64,000 nucleotides of DNA. Origin: Candidatus Binatia bacterium (GTDB lineage: Bacteria > Desulfobacterota > Binatia > UBA9968 > CAXXLF01). A program made the position numbers and the translations under genes. Position 1 is the first letter of the stretch. Each line of letters opens with the position of its first letter. Positions 9,475-19,246 of this stretch are shown here, piece by piece. Location of the stretch: assembly GCA_963664015.2 (NCBI GenBank), contig CAXXLF010000001.1:960001-1024000 (forward strand), read 5' to 3'. The notes under the pieces are model-generated. The model was not told where the DNA came from and did not search any database. It worked only from the letters and a program-made list of their open reading frames with translations.

Positions 9475-11031
9475 TTATCTATTTTTATCTATCCAGGTGT
9501 GACTCAAACCGCCTCCCCACCACCGGAATGCGGCATCGCTGTCCGTTGTGAAGCCCTTGATGTTATCGCGAAAGGCATGGAACTGGGGGCCGAAGCCGAC
9601 ATAAAGGATAATGACGTCATCAACCACTTCCTGAACCATCTGCTTGAGCAATTGCTTTCGCTTACTCTGGTCCATCTCCGTTTCGAGCTTATCAATCAAG
9701 GCGTCCATCGATTTTCTGCAGAATCCGGATGTATTATTGCTCCGCTTCTTGAGGTTGGGGCCACACCTCAGATCGGACCCGTAGGTCAGTGCAGGGTCCG
9801 GGTAGAAGCTACCCCCACCGAGGTGAAAAGAGTACTTGCCCTTACGAAGAAGCGCATGATAGACCCCACGCCCCACCATATTGAGCTTGAGGTTTATCCC
9901 AACTTTTTTGAGCTGTGCCTGCATCATGGCGGCCTCGCCCTCTCGGGCCGCCGACTGCTGGACTAACATCACAATCGGTTCTCCTTTGTAACCGGCCTCT
10001 TTAAGGAGCGCTCTGGCCTTGTCAGGATTGTACTCGGGGGCGGGAACGTTATCTATGTACCACGTATGCCCCTTGGGATACTTTTGATCCGTCGGATCGC
10101 CGAAGCCAAAGAATCCGGCCTGAAGAAGCTGTTTTTTGTTTACCGCGTGGGCAACCGCAAGGCGCATCTTCTTGCTGTCAAAGGGCGGTGCAGCAACGTT
10201 AAACTCCACGCTGCGAAACTCCGCATGAGTGGCCACAGCAAATTGTACCCCCTTGACTTTCCCCTTGGCCACCTGTTCGATCCACTCCAGCGGTGCCCGT
10301 TCAATGATGTCGACGTCACCTGTACGCAGGGCGGTGAAACGAACGGTCGCGTCTCTCACCGGTCGAAGAATCATTTTATCCACAAAAGCCTTCGGCCCCC
10401 AGTAGTCGTCGAAACGCTCAAGGACGAGTCGCTGAGCAGGCTTCCATTCCACGAACCTGAATGGACCAGTTCCCGGCGGGTACTGATCGAGTTTTTCAAT
10501 TCCCTCGGGCAAAGACTCCTTGGGAATGACCGAGAAGGTCTGGATGTTGGTGAGTACAGAGAGAAACCCCGGGCCGGCCTTCTTCAGGTGCATTCTCAAT
10601 GTGTGTTTATCGACGATCTCGGCCCGGTCCAGCAAGGCGAGCCGCGTATACCCATATGCACCGTTCTTTGGATTCAACGTGTAGTCGATAGAGAATTTGA
10701 CGTCGTCCGCCGTCATTTCTCTCCCGTTGTGAAACTTGACCCCTCTGCGAAGCTTGAAGGTGTAGACCTTGCCGTCTTTGGACATCTCCCACGACTCGGC
10801 TAGGTTCGGTTGAACCTTACCCGCTAGGTCTATGCCCAAGAGTGGCTCGAACATGGTCTCGCGGATCCGGCCGTCGGTTGACTTAGTCCCCACCAGGGGA
10901 TTCATGATATCCACGTCTTTCCGGATGGCCATTTTGAGCGTCCCCCCGCGTTTAGGTTCATCCGCGAGACCCGCCTGCACAAACCCGAGGAGAAAAATCC
11001 ATAAGAAACTGACCAGAATATATCGTCTCAT
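9475..11031 (-). CDS. ABC transporter substrate-binding protein, family 5 (peptide/nickel type)
   Basis: Signal peptide; motifs PKRGGTL, PNLAESWE, YTFKLRRGVKFHNG and PPGTGPF. Confidence 0.92.
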   Translation of the reverse strand: MRRYILVSFLWIFLLGFVQAGLADEPKRGGTLKMAIRKDVDIMNPLVGTKSTDGRIRETMFEPLLGIDLAGKVQPNLAESWEMSKDGKVYTFKLRRGVKFHNGREMTADDVKFSIDYTLNPKNGAYGYTRLALLDRAEIVDKHTLRMHLKKAGPGFLSVLTNIQTFSVIPKESLPEGIEKLDQYPPGTGPFRFVEWKPAQRLVLERFDDYWGPKAFVDKMILRPVRDATVRFTALRTGDVDIIERAPLEWIEQVAKGKVKGVQFAVATHAEFRSVEFNVAAPPFDSKKMRLAVAHAVNKKQLLQAGFFGFGDPTDQKYPKGHTWYIDNVPAPEYNPDKARALLKEAGYKGEPIVMLVQQSAAREGEAAMMQAQLKKVGINLKLNMVGRGVYHALLRKGKYSFHLGGGSFYPDPALTYGSDLRCGPNLKKRSNNTSGFCRKSMDALIDKLETEMDQSKRKQLLKQMVQEVVDDVIILYVGFGPQFHAFRDNIKGFTTDSDAAFRWWGGGLSHTWIDKNR

Positions 11032-11128
11032 AGCCTTGCCCCTTTCACTCGGTTAGATTCCAGTTTTAAGATCACCAACCCGATAATCCATTACTCCACA
11101 TCCGCCCCAATGACGGAGCGACAATCGA

Positions 11129-11899
11129 CTACGCAACCTTTTGCTGTTCCTGGTAACTGGCGTAAAGGGCATCCGGCCAAGGCAACATTTGACTTCCCGG
11201 CCGGGCACCTTGAACAGCCCTTTCCACCTGCACCCTCATGCCATCGTAGTCCTCTTCCTTCACCAGTCCGAGTTTGTAGAGTTTGGCCAGCAGCAGTTCG
11301 CCTTCGGGACCGTGTTCCTCTAGATCCGCCACCACATGGATATCCCAATACTCGAGTAGGTCATCGGGAATGTCATACTTCTCATGCAGGATCTCACGCC
11401 AGAACTTCATGCTGTAACCGACAAATCCTTCCAGCATCCACCGAACCGCCGTTAGTGCCGGGCTCTGGGAGCGGTACACCAAGGCCGTATTGAAACGCGC
11501 CTCCAGCTCGGCAATGGGCTTGGAAAAGAAGAGATCCTCGTCTTTCAGTCCCAGATAGTGAGCGAATTTAAGATAGGTCCGTCCATGCCCGCCGGGACGT
11601 GGGTCCGACAGTTCGGAACCGATCTTTGACGCCACAATGTCGTAGAGGTCCGGATTTCTACGCCACAGGTCCAGATAGTTCACAATGGTCCAGGTTACGT
11701 TGGTATTGGTGAGCTGGATAAATATGTAGTACTGTTTCGCGTATTCTTTTAGAAACTCCAGCGGGACTTTCCCCGCACCAAAATCGTCGTAGAATCGCCC
11801 CCGCTGTTTCCCCGTCTTAAATGGATGGTTTTCGGTCTTTACCTCAAACCACGATTTAAACGATTCGTACGTAGGAAAATTCAATTGTTCACCAGCCAT
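11129..11899 (-). CDS. HDO-fold diiron protein HDO2 (close paralog of HDO1)
   Basis: Motifs SELSDPRPGGH, WMLE and HVVADLEEH; long stretches are identical to 3747..4517. Confidence 0.75.
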   Translation of the reverse strand: MAGEQLNFPTYESFKSWFEVKTENHPFKTGKQRGRFYDDFGAGKVPLEFLKEYAKQYYIFIQLTNTNVTWTIVNYLDLWRRNPDLYDIVASKIGSELSDPRPGGHGRTYLKFAHYLGLKDEDLFFSKPIAELEARFNTALVYRSQSPALTAVRWMLEGFVGYSMKFWREILHEKYDIPDDLLEYWDIHVVADLEEHGPEGELLLAKLYKLGLVKEEDYDGMRVQVERAVQGARPGSQMLPWPDALYASYQEQQKVA

Positions 11900-11945
11900 G
11901 GAGGACTCCCTTCCGAATCAGACAAAATGATTCAAAACCCAACGA

Positions 11946-12671
11946 CTACAATCCCTGATACACCCGGATCAGGTACTCTGCATATCGTTTGGCCACGTGT
12001 TGAATGCCAAAGTTGGGTCGCTCCTCGACCAGCCCTCGATCAAAAAGAGATTTGAGCAAGAACCTTCCCGGGCTCCCGTGACTCGTCAGCCAACACGCCT
12101 CCCAGTTCTCAAAATAATCCAAGGCATCCCCCTTGAGACCGAACGGAGGCTTACCGAGGGCTTCCTGAAATAGGGCGCAAAACTTCAAAAGATACTCTTC
12201 ACCGATTAGCTGTGCGGCAAACTCGGCCAATGTCCCTTCCAAGTAAACCGATTTGAGAAAACTTGTCATATGAACCGTGTAGGGTCCCGGGCGCGAGGTG
12301 AGCAGCTGCTCATGGTTCATCCCCAGGGCCCGGCCCAAGAGCAGGAGCCCTTTGACATGGCCACCGGGATACGGATAGTTGAGCGACTTCCCCGCCCGCT
12401 CGGTTACGATTTCTTCTATATCAGGATATCGCCCCAATATATAATGATGCCGCGACCAAAGCAGCGCTCGGTGCATGTCGGTTTCCTGAACGTGGTTGTA
12501 CCAGTTCCCCAGCCAACCCTTGAGCCGGTCCTCGGTCAACCGTCCTGCCCGCAGGTCTTGAAAAAACGGTAGATCGATCCATTGCTCAAACAACGGCTTT
12601 GCCTCTCGCTCCCACCAACTCTCGTAATCCGCATACGACCCCGGGCTCGACTCCGTAATGTTGGCTTCCAT
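11946..12671 (-). CDS. Divergent HDO-fold protein HDO3 lacking several metal ligands
   Basis: Aligns to HDO1/2 through PYPGGH and LFDRGLVEE, but has E->S, H->W and D->W at ligand positions. Start follows GGAGGAGG (alternative start 12689). Confidence 0.65.
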   Translation of the reverse strand: MEANITESSPGSYADYESWWEREAKPLFEQWIDLPFFQDLRAGRLTEDRLKGWLGNWYNHVQETDMHRALLWSRHHYILGRYPDIEEIVTERAGKSLNYPYPGGHVKGLLLLGRALGMNHEQLLTSRPGPYTVHMTSFLKSVYLEGTLAEFAAQLIGEEYLLKFCALFQEALGKPPFGLKGDALDYFENWEACWLTSHGSPGRFLLKSLFDRGLVEERPNFGIQHVAKRYAEYLIRVYQGL

Positions 12672-12699
12672 TAGGTAGGCCTCCTCCATTTATAAAGAC

Positions 12700-13686
12700 T
12701 CAAATTTGATTTTGTGTCGTTTCTTTACACCACTCGACGAATTCCTTCAGTCCCCTGGCCAGATCGTACTGGGGCGCGAACCCGAGACCCTGACCCGCCC
12801 TGGTAATATCCAGCGGGCCCCGAGTGGGCCTCAGCGGGTTATCCTGAGCGCCAGGAAAAAATTCAAACTCGGCTTGGGGAATGGATCTCTGAATCGCCGC
12901 TGCGATCTGCCGATAAGATACCAATTGCCCCGAGCTGATATTGTACACGGCATGTTTTTGATCTCGCTTGGAATAGGCGAGAGAGACGGCGTCAGCGATA
13001 TCCTTAATATAGGTCAGATCGGTCAACGTGTCCGCAGCCTTGATCTCCACAGGATCGCCTTTCATGGCCTTCCCAATCCAAGCGCCCAGAAAAAGCGATT
13101 TTCCTCTCATGTGCCCTACGCGATCCGACGAACAGGCCGGGCCGTATATGGAAAGAGGCCGAAGACTAACACAACTCATCCCATATACCTCTCGATACAT
13201 CTCCACGAGGATCTCACCCATATAATGGCTCGGATGATAGATCGTTCCTCGCCAACGGATAGCTTCGTCTTCTTTGATGGGGGATTGATCTTTGCGAAGA
13301 CCATAGACACCAGCGGTACTGATGTATACGAATCTGGAGACCTGGGCCTTGCGCGCGGCCTCAAGGACATTCAATGTTCCTTGAACGTTCAGCGTAATCG
13401 CCGGGTGCGGCTCTTTTCTCGCCGCCGCCTCATTACCCGCAGCCGCGGTATGAATGACCCCCGCTACTTTAAGCTCTCGAACGCAATCGGCCAAGGCCTC
13501 TGGATCCAGAATATCACCCTTGATAAACCGAACGGATCCGCTACCGCTCGTCGGTTGGAGCAGGGAGAGTTCGGGGGAGCGCACGTCATAACAGAGAACC
13601 GCATGGCCCTTTTCTGCCAGGACTCGACACACGTGGGTGCCCAGAAACCCGGAGCCACCAATAACCAGAACGGGCAATAGAACCAT
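12700..13686 (-). CDS. Extended SDR / NAD-dependent epimerase-dehydratase family protein
   Basis: Motifs GGSGFLG, GDI, HTAA, NVQGTLNVLEAA, ISTAGVYG and LRPLSIYGP; the catalytic motif reads YHPSH. Confidence 0.88.
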   Translation of the reverse strand: MVLLPVLVIGGSGFLGTHVCRVLAEKGHAVLCYDVRSPELSLLQPTSGSGSVRFIKGDILDPEALADCVRELKVAGVIHTAAAGNEAAARKEPHPAITLNVQGTLNVLEAARKAQVSRFVYISTAGVYGLRKDQSPIKEDEAIRWRGTIYHPSHYMGEILVEMYREVYGMSCVSLRPLSIYGPACSSDRVGHMRGKSLFLGAWIGKAMKGDPVEIKAADTLTDLTYIKDIADAVSLAYSKRDQKHAVYNISSGQLVSYRQIAAAIQRSIPQAEFEFFPGAQDNPLRPTRGPLDITRAGQGLGFAPQYDLARGLKEFVEWCKETTQNQI

Positions 13687-13713
13687 AATACCTACTCTGT
13701 CCCTTCAAAAGAG

Positions 13714-14877
13714 CTATCTCCCACTCTTTGCTTTTCGCCCTTTCCAAACTTCCCTAATTATTCGGTTAACCTTGCCCATATCCTTCAAGCCGGGTCCTGC
13801 AAGGATCTGATAATTAACTCCAGTTTGTCTCCGAACGTGGGGCAGTACATGCTCGTCCTTAGGAATGTCAATCCTCAGTGAATTTTTATCCAGATTGACC
13901 TTTTGATAAATAATTTGCCCATCTCGGGACAACAGCCAGTTGATGGCCACCTTTGCCGCGTTGGGATGGGGGGCCTTGTTAAATAAGGCCACGTTACCGC
14001 TGCTAGTGCTGAGAGGGATCCCTTCCTTGAAATTTCTGGAATCAAAGATATTTACGGGGAGCCCTTGTTTCATTCCGTCATAAATTCCCACCCTGTCCGG
14101 AGGGGCGAGAGCAGAAATCGAGAACTTTCCCACGCCTAGCCAGTTCACCAACTGGCGACCATCACGGGTAGCCGTAAGGTCCATTTCGGTGAGAAAACGC
14201 CTTAAGAATTTTTCGCCCAATGCTGGATTGTGGTAGATAAATGCCAGTACGCCACTAACTGCTCCCCCCATAGTGGGGTCCAGACTGATTATCTTGCCTT
14301 TCCATTGGGGGTCGAGAAAATCCCAGTAAGACGTGATCATTTCACGTTTAACTAGTCGGGTATTAAAAGCAAAATAAGACTGCGGGACCCCATTAAAAGC
14401 AAGAATATATTTGCCTTCATCATCGTGGTAGAAATGCTTCCCCCTCCACCATTTTGACTTGTCCACGACCTCGGGCAAGACCAAAGTGGGTTTGATCGGG
14501 TCCAGGTTCCCTCTCTTATAAAAATGCCTATAGGGCGTGCCGGACCCGCTGAGATAGAGATCCGCGAGGAATTTCCCCGCTCTCCGCTCTGCCAATACCC
14601 GTTGCGCAATCTGGCTACCGCGTCCAGAGACCGTGACAACCTTGATTGCAGGAAATTTTTTCTGAAATTCCGCAAAGATCGCTTCATAACTCTCAGAAAC
14701 GTGAAGCACCAAGCGACCTTCTTTTTTGGCGGCCCGAAGGGTATCTTCCCAATCCGCCTTCCAGCGGTCCTGAGCCTCCAGGTTTGACTGCGGGCCCAGG
14801 ACGGATAGGACGGCCATAGAAACTAAAGCAAGGGCCCAGGTTCTGAGCCTTAGCATCAAATTACGCTGTTTAATCAT
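13714..14877 (-). CDS. Extracellular solute-binding protein (type II periplasmic binding fold, AfuA/iron-thiamine-like)
   Basis: Signal peptide; motifs AAKKEGRL, RVLAERRAG..AD and APHPNAAKVAINWLLSRDGQ. ATG 14877 follows GGGAGG. Confidence 0.85.
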   Translation of the reverse strand: MIKQRNLMLRLRTWALALVSMAVLSVLGPQSNLEAQDRWKADWEDTLRAAKKEGRLVLHVSESYEAIFAEFQKKFPAIKVVTVSGRGSQIAQRVLAERRAGKFLADLYLSGSGTPYRHFYKRGNLDPIKPTLVLPEVVDKSKWWRGKHFYHDDEGKYILAFNGVPQSYFAFNTRLVKREMITSYWDFLDPQWKGKIISLDPTMGGAVSGVLAFIYHNPALGEKFLRRFLTEMDLTATRDGRQLVNWLGVGKFSISALAPPDRVGIYDGMKQGLPVNIFDSRNFKEGIPLSTSSGNVALFNKAPHPNAAKVAINWLLSRDGQIIYQKVNLDKNSLRIDIPKDEHVLPHVRRQTGVNYQILAGPGLKDMGKVNRIIREVWKGRKAKSGR

Positions 14878-14921
14878 CAAGTTTCCTCCCATTAACAATT
14901 TGTTTCTCCGTTGGGTTAAAC

Positions 14922-16112
14922 TCACTCGGGACTTGGAACCTGGTGGGAGACTCCGATCTCCCGTCGTTCCTTGGCCGACTCCAGGATCGCCATGCAAACT
15001 TCGAGGGTGGCCTCGCCCCACCGGCCATCGTGGAAGACCGGCCGGTTGTTGACGACCGCCTGGTAGAGCTCCTCTACCTCGGCTTGCCGTCCGATCCTTC
15101 CCTGGGGAATATCCAACTCTTTTATCTCTTCGTCACCATAAACCAACAGCCCATCTGCTGACTGCCGGATATCACCCTTTTCGCACGTCACCACCGTAAA
15201 ACCAAAAAAAGGCTGCCTTCTCACGCTTTTTTCCGACCGATGACTGAATGCTCCTTCCTTCTGCCCCCCGTACCGCATCTGTTCCTTAAGCATTTCTTCT
15301 TTATCAGGATCACTGATGGCTTTACTGGTTTTTCTAACCCTCAGATTGGTGCCTGGATCTCTGGGCTGCCCCCCTTCTCCCACCCACCAATGGAGCTCAG
15401 CCGTGTCGAAGAAACCGTATCCGCTATACACCAGGGTTGCGGGCACTCCGTCCTCGAACTCCAGATAGCAGGTGTAGCTCCCCTCATGGCCGCGAGATGC
15501 ATCCCAAATCCCGGTCATGGCACGAACGCTTCTGACCATGCCACCGCCGATCAGTCTGACCACATCCACATGGTGTGGGCCTTGATTTAAAACCACCCCG
15601 TGACTGGTCGCCAACTCATGCTTCATCCTTGGCCGGTACATAAACTCATTAAAATTCCATGTGTTGATCATGCAGAGCTTACCCAATTCTCCAGTTTTTA
15701 CGATCTCTCGAATCTTGCGAATGGGGGGATCGAAGCTGTGAGTGTGCCCGCACAGGAGTTTGGTACCGTATTTGTCCGCTGCCTCGTTCATCCTCTCGCA
15801 CTGTTCAATTGTGAGCGCCATAGGCTTTTCCACAATGGCATGCTTCCCATTCTTTGCCGCCGTTATGACATGTTCGGCGTGCCATTGGTTGGGCGTCGCC
15901 ACGTAGATAAAATCGACCTTATCGCTCCGGCACATGGCCTCCACGCTATCGAAGGCTTCACCCCCGAATTCCTGGCTAAACTTTTGCAGGGCGTCTTTTC
16001 GAACATCGACGGCCGCCGCAATCTTGATATATGGGATCTGGGCCAATTGAGGCAAAATCTGCGTGCTCGCCACCCCAAGCCCTGCCATCCCCATCCTTAA
16101 AACCTCTGCCAT
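14922..16112 (-). CDS. Gfo/Idh/MocA oxidoreductase, phthalate 4,5-cis-dihydrodiol dehydrogenase (OphB/Pht4)-like
   Basis: Motifs GMAGLG, VATPNQWH, EKPMA, GHTHSFD, YRPR, NQGPHHVD and HDGRWG..TLEVC. Adjacent to a phthalate-type Rieske oxygenase. Confidence 0.85.
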   Translation of the reverse strand: MAEVLRMGMAGLGVASTQILPQLAQIPYIKIAAAVDVRKDALQKFSQEFGGEAFDSVEAMCRSDKVDFIYVATPNQWHAEHVITAAKNGKHAIVEKPMALTIEQCERMNEAADKYGTKLLCGHTHSFDPPIRKIREIVKTGELGKLCMINTWNFNEFMYRPRMKHELATSHGVVLNQGPHHVDVVRLIGGGMVRSVRAMTGIWDASRGHEGSYTCYLEFEDGVPATLVYSGYGFFDTAELHWWVGEGGQPRDPGTNLRVRKTSKAISDPDKEEMLKEQMRYGGQKEGAFSHRSEKSVRRQPFFGFTVVTCEKGDIRQSADGLLVYGDEEIKELDIPQGRIGRQAEVEELYQAVVNNRPVFHDGRWGEATLEVCMAILESAKERREIGVSHQVPSPE

Positions 16113-16145
16113 GACACCTCCCTTTGCAATCTCACCATGCCCCGA

Positions 16146-17456
16146 TCAACTCGATACAGGGCTCAATTTCTCCCTAGCTTCGGCTCCCACCTTTTGAGTG
16201 TAGCTTTTCACATCCGTCGAGGTGGAAACGACCTCCGAAATCACCACCATGTGAGGAAAACGATTCTGGGCAGGATCCCTGACCACGTGAAGCGGATCGC
16301 GACCCTCCTGAACATCTCGAATCGCTTTCAACAGCTGTTTCCTAGCAGCCACGATGGCCTTGTCCGAAGTCACCAGATGCTCCCGCGTACGATTCTGAAT
16401 CGCACCTTGACTCTCCGTGGCAAAGAGGTCATGCCCAGGGAAAAACGGCCCCATGCCCGTGTAGGATTTATTCTTTAACTCTTCCCGATCCTGGAGGTAG
16501 CGGTTACCCGCCGTGCGAACGGGCCGATAATCGGAACCAACCTCCTTGATGTAACGACCATTAAACAACTCTTTGTTCAACGGCGCTTCGCGACTGAAGA
16601 CGATCATAAACTTCCAATGGTTTTCGTCGTCGATGGGCACGTGCCAATTGACGAGATACCCCGCCCCCTGAGTCTCACCGGGGACGGCGCAAAGGCTGGG
16701 CATGATAAAATTTGAAACCCTGAGATAGGCAGTCTCACCGACCGGGCGAAAGGTAAAGATTCGAACACCGAAGTCCTCTAACTCCAGCTCGACCGTGGGA
16801 GCAAGATTATCCCCGCATAGCTGATTGGGTGAGGTTTCACTCCCTGCCACTTTCCTAAATCGCGTGGGCCTGCCACTCCCTGCCAAATTCTCATCGAAAA
16901 ATCGATGCAAGAACGAGAGGTGAACAGGATCGATATTGCCTTCGTTTGCCTGCAGGTAGTTACACTCAGAGTATACCTTGTAGGAAAACCGATTCTCATC
17001 GGGGACATCGAAGATCTCGTAAGTGGGCAGTTGGGGAGGATCTCCCGGGCCCATGTAGGCAAAGATCAGCCCTGCCTTCTCAATGCAGGGATAGGCTTTC
17101 TGCCGGATGCTCTCACGGTTGCGACCGCCTTCGGGCTCCCCCGGCTGGTCCAAGCAGCGCCCTTCCCGGTCATAGAGCCATCCGTGGTAAATGCATCGAA
17201 GCCCCCCGTCCTCAACACGGCCATAACTCAAATCTGCGCCTCGATGAGAGCAGTGAATGTCTAATAGCCCCGGCTTTCCATGATCATCCCGGAAAAGGAC
17301 CAGATCCTCCCCAAAGAACCTGACCGGTTTCGGCGCGCTATTGGCAGGTAATTCTTCGGCCAGTGCGATGGGATGCCAATACCGCCGTAACATCTCCCCT
17401 GCCGGTGTTCCCGGACCCACACGGGTTAACAAATCGTTTTCTTCTTGGGTCATCAT
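16146..17456 (-). CDS. Rieske oxygenase, phthalate 4,5-dioxygenase (OphA2/Pht3)-like alpha-only type
   Basis: Motifs MTQEENDLLTRVGPGTPAGEMLRRYW, CSHRG...CIYHGW, EGNIDPVHLSFLH, D..ATESQG and EHL..SD. Confidence 0.9.
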   Translation of the reverse strand: MMTQEENDLLTRVGPGTPAGEMLRRYWHPIALAEELPANSAPKPVRFFGEDLVLFRDDHGKPGLLDIHCSHRGADLSYGRVEDGGLRCIYHGWLYDREGRCLDQPGEPEGGRNRESIRQKAYPCIEKAGLIFAYMGPGDPPQLPTYEIFDVPDENRFSYKVYSECNYLQANEGNIDPVHLSFLHRFFDENLAGSGRPTRFRKVAGSETSPNQLCGDNLAPTVELELEDFGVRIFTFRPVGETAYLRVSNFIMPSLCAVPGETQGAGYLVNWHVPIDDENHWKFMIVFSREAPLNKELFNGRYIKEVGSDYRPVRTAGNRYLQDREELKNKSYTGMGPFFPGHDLFATESQGAIQNRTREHLVTSDKAIVAARKQLLKAIRDVQEGRDPLHVVRDPAQNRFPHMVVISEVVSTSTDVKSYTQKVGAEAREKLSPVSS

Positions 17457-17539
17457 AGCTTCTTCCTCCGTGATAGGATTTTTCTAAATCGTCGAATCTC
17501 CTCTCCCAATCCTCCCGGTCCAGTGCACGAAAAGACCCT

Positions 17540-18997
17540 TTACAATTTTGGAAATGGGATGATCCCCTGAAACTTGCGGATGGCCTGCTCACGCATCTCC
17601 CGACTGCTCCGGCTCACTTTGGGAAATTTATCACGCCACTCAAACGGCCGGACCGCGTAAAACACCGCCCGGCTGTTGGTGTAATCACCGGACGCTCTCT
17701 GCTCCGGCGACATGCGCGGATCCAAGGGGGTACTCCAGCACTTATCGATAATATCGATGTTCGTTTTGGGATCGACACGGGTCATCATAGCCCACTCGAC
17801 TTCCTTCAGGTTCGTCGGGTCGATATCTTCGTCCACGACCACAACGTAGCGTCCGTTTCGGGCCGCGGCAGAACAGCTAAGAGCAGCCAGACCCGCTTGC
17901 CTGGCGTGCCCGGCATAGCGCTGCTTGATCGCAACCACCACCATGTAAGGGCTGTGGCTGTACACCCCCACGACGTCCTGAATCCCGGCGCTTTCTAACT
18001 GATCCCACAGAACCCCTGAGGATAAGCCGAGGTCCATCTTCATAGCACCGGTCCATTGGGGTGCCTCGTCTTCGAGTATGGGATCGTTTCTATGGTAAAG
18101 AGCCTTGACCTTGATCACCGGTTGGGCTTCACCCGTCCCGATCGTCCCGCCGGAGTAGTATCCAGGCCATTCACCAAAAGGACCTTCATCCCGTGCTTCC
18201 GTTTTCGGGGGAGGGATCTCTCCCTCGATGGCAATCTCCGCACTTGCCGGGATAGGAAGACCCGTGACGGGCCCCCGAATAATATCAAACGGCTTCCCCA
18301 TGAGGCCCCCCACAAGTTCCAGTTCCGAATGGCCCCAGGGGACTTTAGAATGGGCGACCATAAAAGCAAGGGGGTGTACGCTGAAAGCCGCTACGACGGG
18401 GCAGGCCTTGCCCTGTTCCCAATACTTCATACAGATGAGACGCCCATGCTGTCCGGGGCTCATCCACAAACCCAGAAGGTTCCGTTCATGGAGTTGCATC
18501 CGGTAGGTCCCCATGTTGATAAAATCACCCTCCAGCTCGGCATTGATAAGACAATCACCGGTTCCTATATAACGCCCTCCATCATGTTCATGAAAGTGCA
18601 AGGCTGGGAACTTAAAAAGATCCACATCGTTACCCGTGGAGACGTTCTCCATTACCGGTGAGGTGGTCACCTCACGGGGAGGAATCGGGGTAGCAGATTT
18701 CAGTTTACGGGTAGCCAAACGCAGGACCTCAAGCTTGCTCTTATCCGTGGGAAGTCCCAAAGCAAGGGCCACACGTTTGTAAGAACCGAATGGAAGGCTC
18801 AATACCCTATAACCCGGAGGATAACCTTTTATGTTGTTGAACATGAGCATGGGAGGTTGTGGAACCAATTCAGAAGTTGCCTCAATCAGGGCGCCAATTT
18901 CGTTATTCCAATCGGCTCCTTCGATCTCGCGGTAATCGCTAATTTTCTTGGCCGCTTCTATAAACTCCCGTATGTCATTATACTCAATTTGTCCCAT
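17540..18997 (-). CDS. UbiD-family prFMN-dependent (de)carboxylase 2
   Basis: Motifs YNDIREF, DGGRYIGT, NMGTYR, EGPFGEWPGY, VVVDEDIDP and STPLDP. Confidence 0.92.
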   Translation of the reverse strand: MGQIEYNDIREFIEAAKKISDYREIEGADWNNEIGALIEATSELVPQPPMLMFNNIKGYPPGYRVLSLPFGSYKRVALALGLPTDKSKLEVLRLATRKLKSATPIPPREVTTSPVMENVSTGNDVDLFKFPALHFHEHDGGRYIGTGDCLINAELEGDFINMGTYRMQLHERNLLGLWMSPGQHGRLICMKYWEQGKACPVVAAFSVHPLAFMVAHSKVPWGHSELELVGGLMGKPFDIIRGPVTGLPIPASAEIAIEGEIPPPKTEARDEGPFGEWPGYYSGGTIGTGEAQPVIKVKALYHRNDPILEDEAPQWTGAMKMDLGLSSGVLWDQLESAGIQDVVGVYSHSPYMVVVAIKQRYAGHARQAGLAALSCSAAARNGRYVVVVDEDIDPTNLKEVEWAMMTRVDPKTNIDIIDKCWSTPLDPRMSPEQRASGDYTNSRAVFYAVRPFEWRDKFPKVSRSSREMREQAIRKFQGIIPFPKL

Positions 18998-19246
18998 TTT
19001 CTTTCTCCTCTCGATCCTTCGGGTCCCAGTTTCAGTATCTTCCACAGTTGAACCGGCAATACTTTGAGGGAATCAACCTATGGGTATTGCAAGTCTTTTA
19101 TTCGAAAGCGGGTAGGGTGTCAACTTGGAATTGGGGCCATGTCAGGGTAGAATCGCCTACCTGCATTAGACCTTGCCGCGGGAAGTGGTTGTTGGTATGG
19201 CTATAGGCATGCGCCCAAAGTGCATTCGAATCAAAGGAGGAGCCCA

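Noticed and set aside
12706-13680. 324-aa plus-strand ORF, and similar long antisense ORFs at 10066..10803, 22051..22764 and 52754..53518
   Set aside because: They are shadow frames lying fully opposite well-supported genes, with no recognisable motifs.
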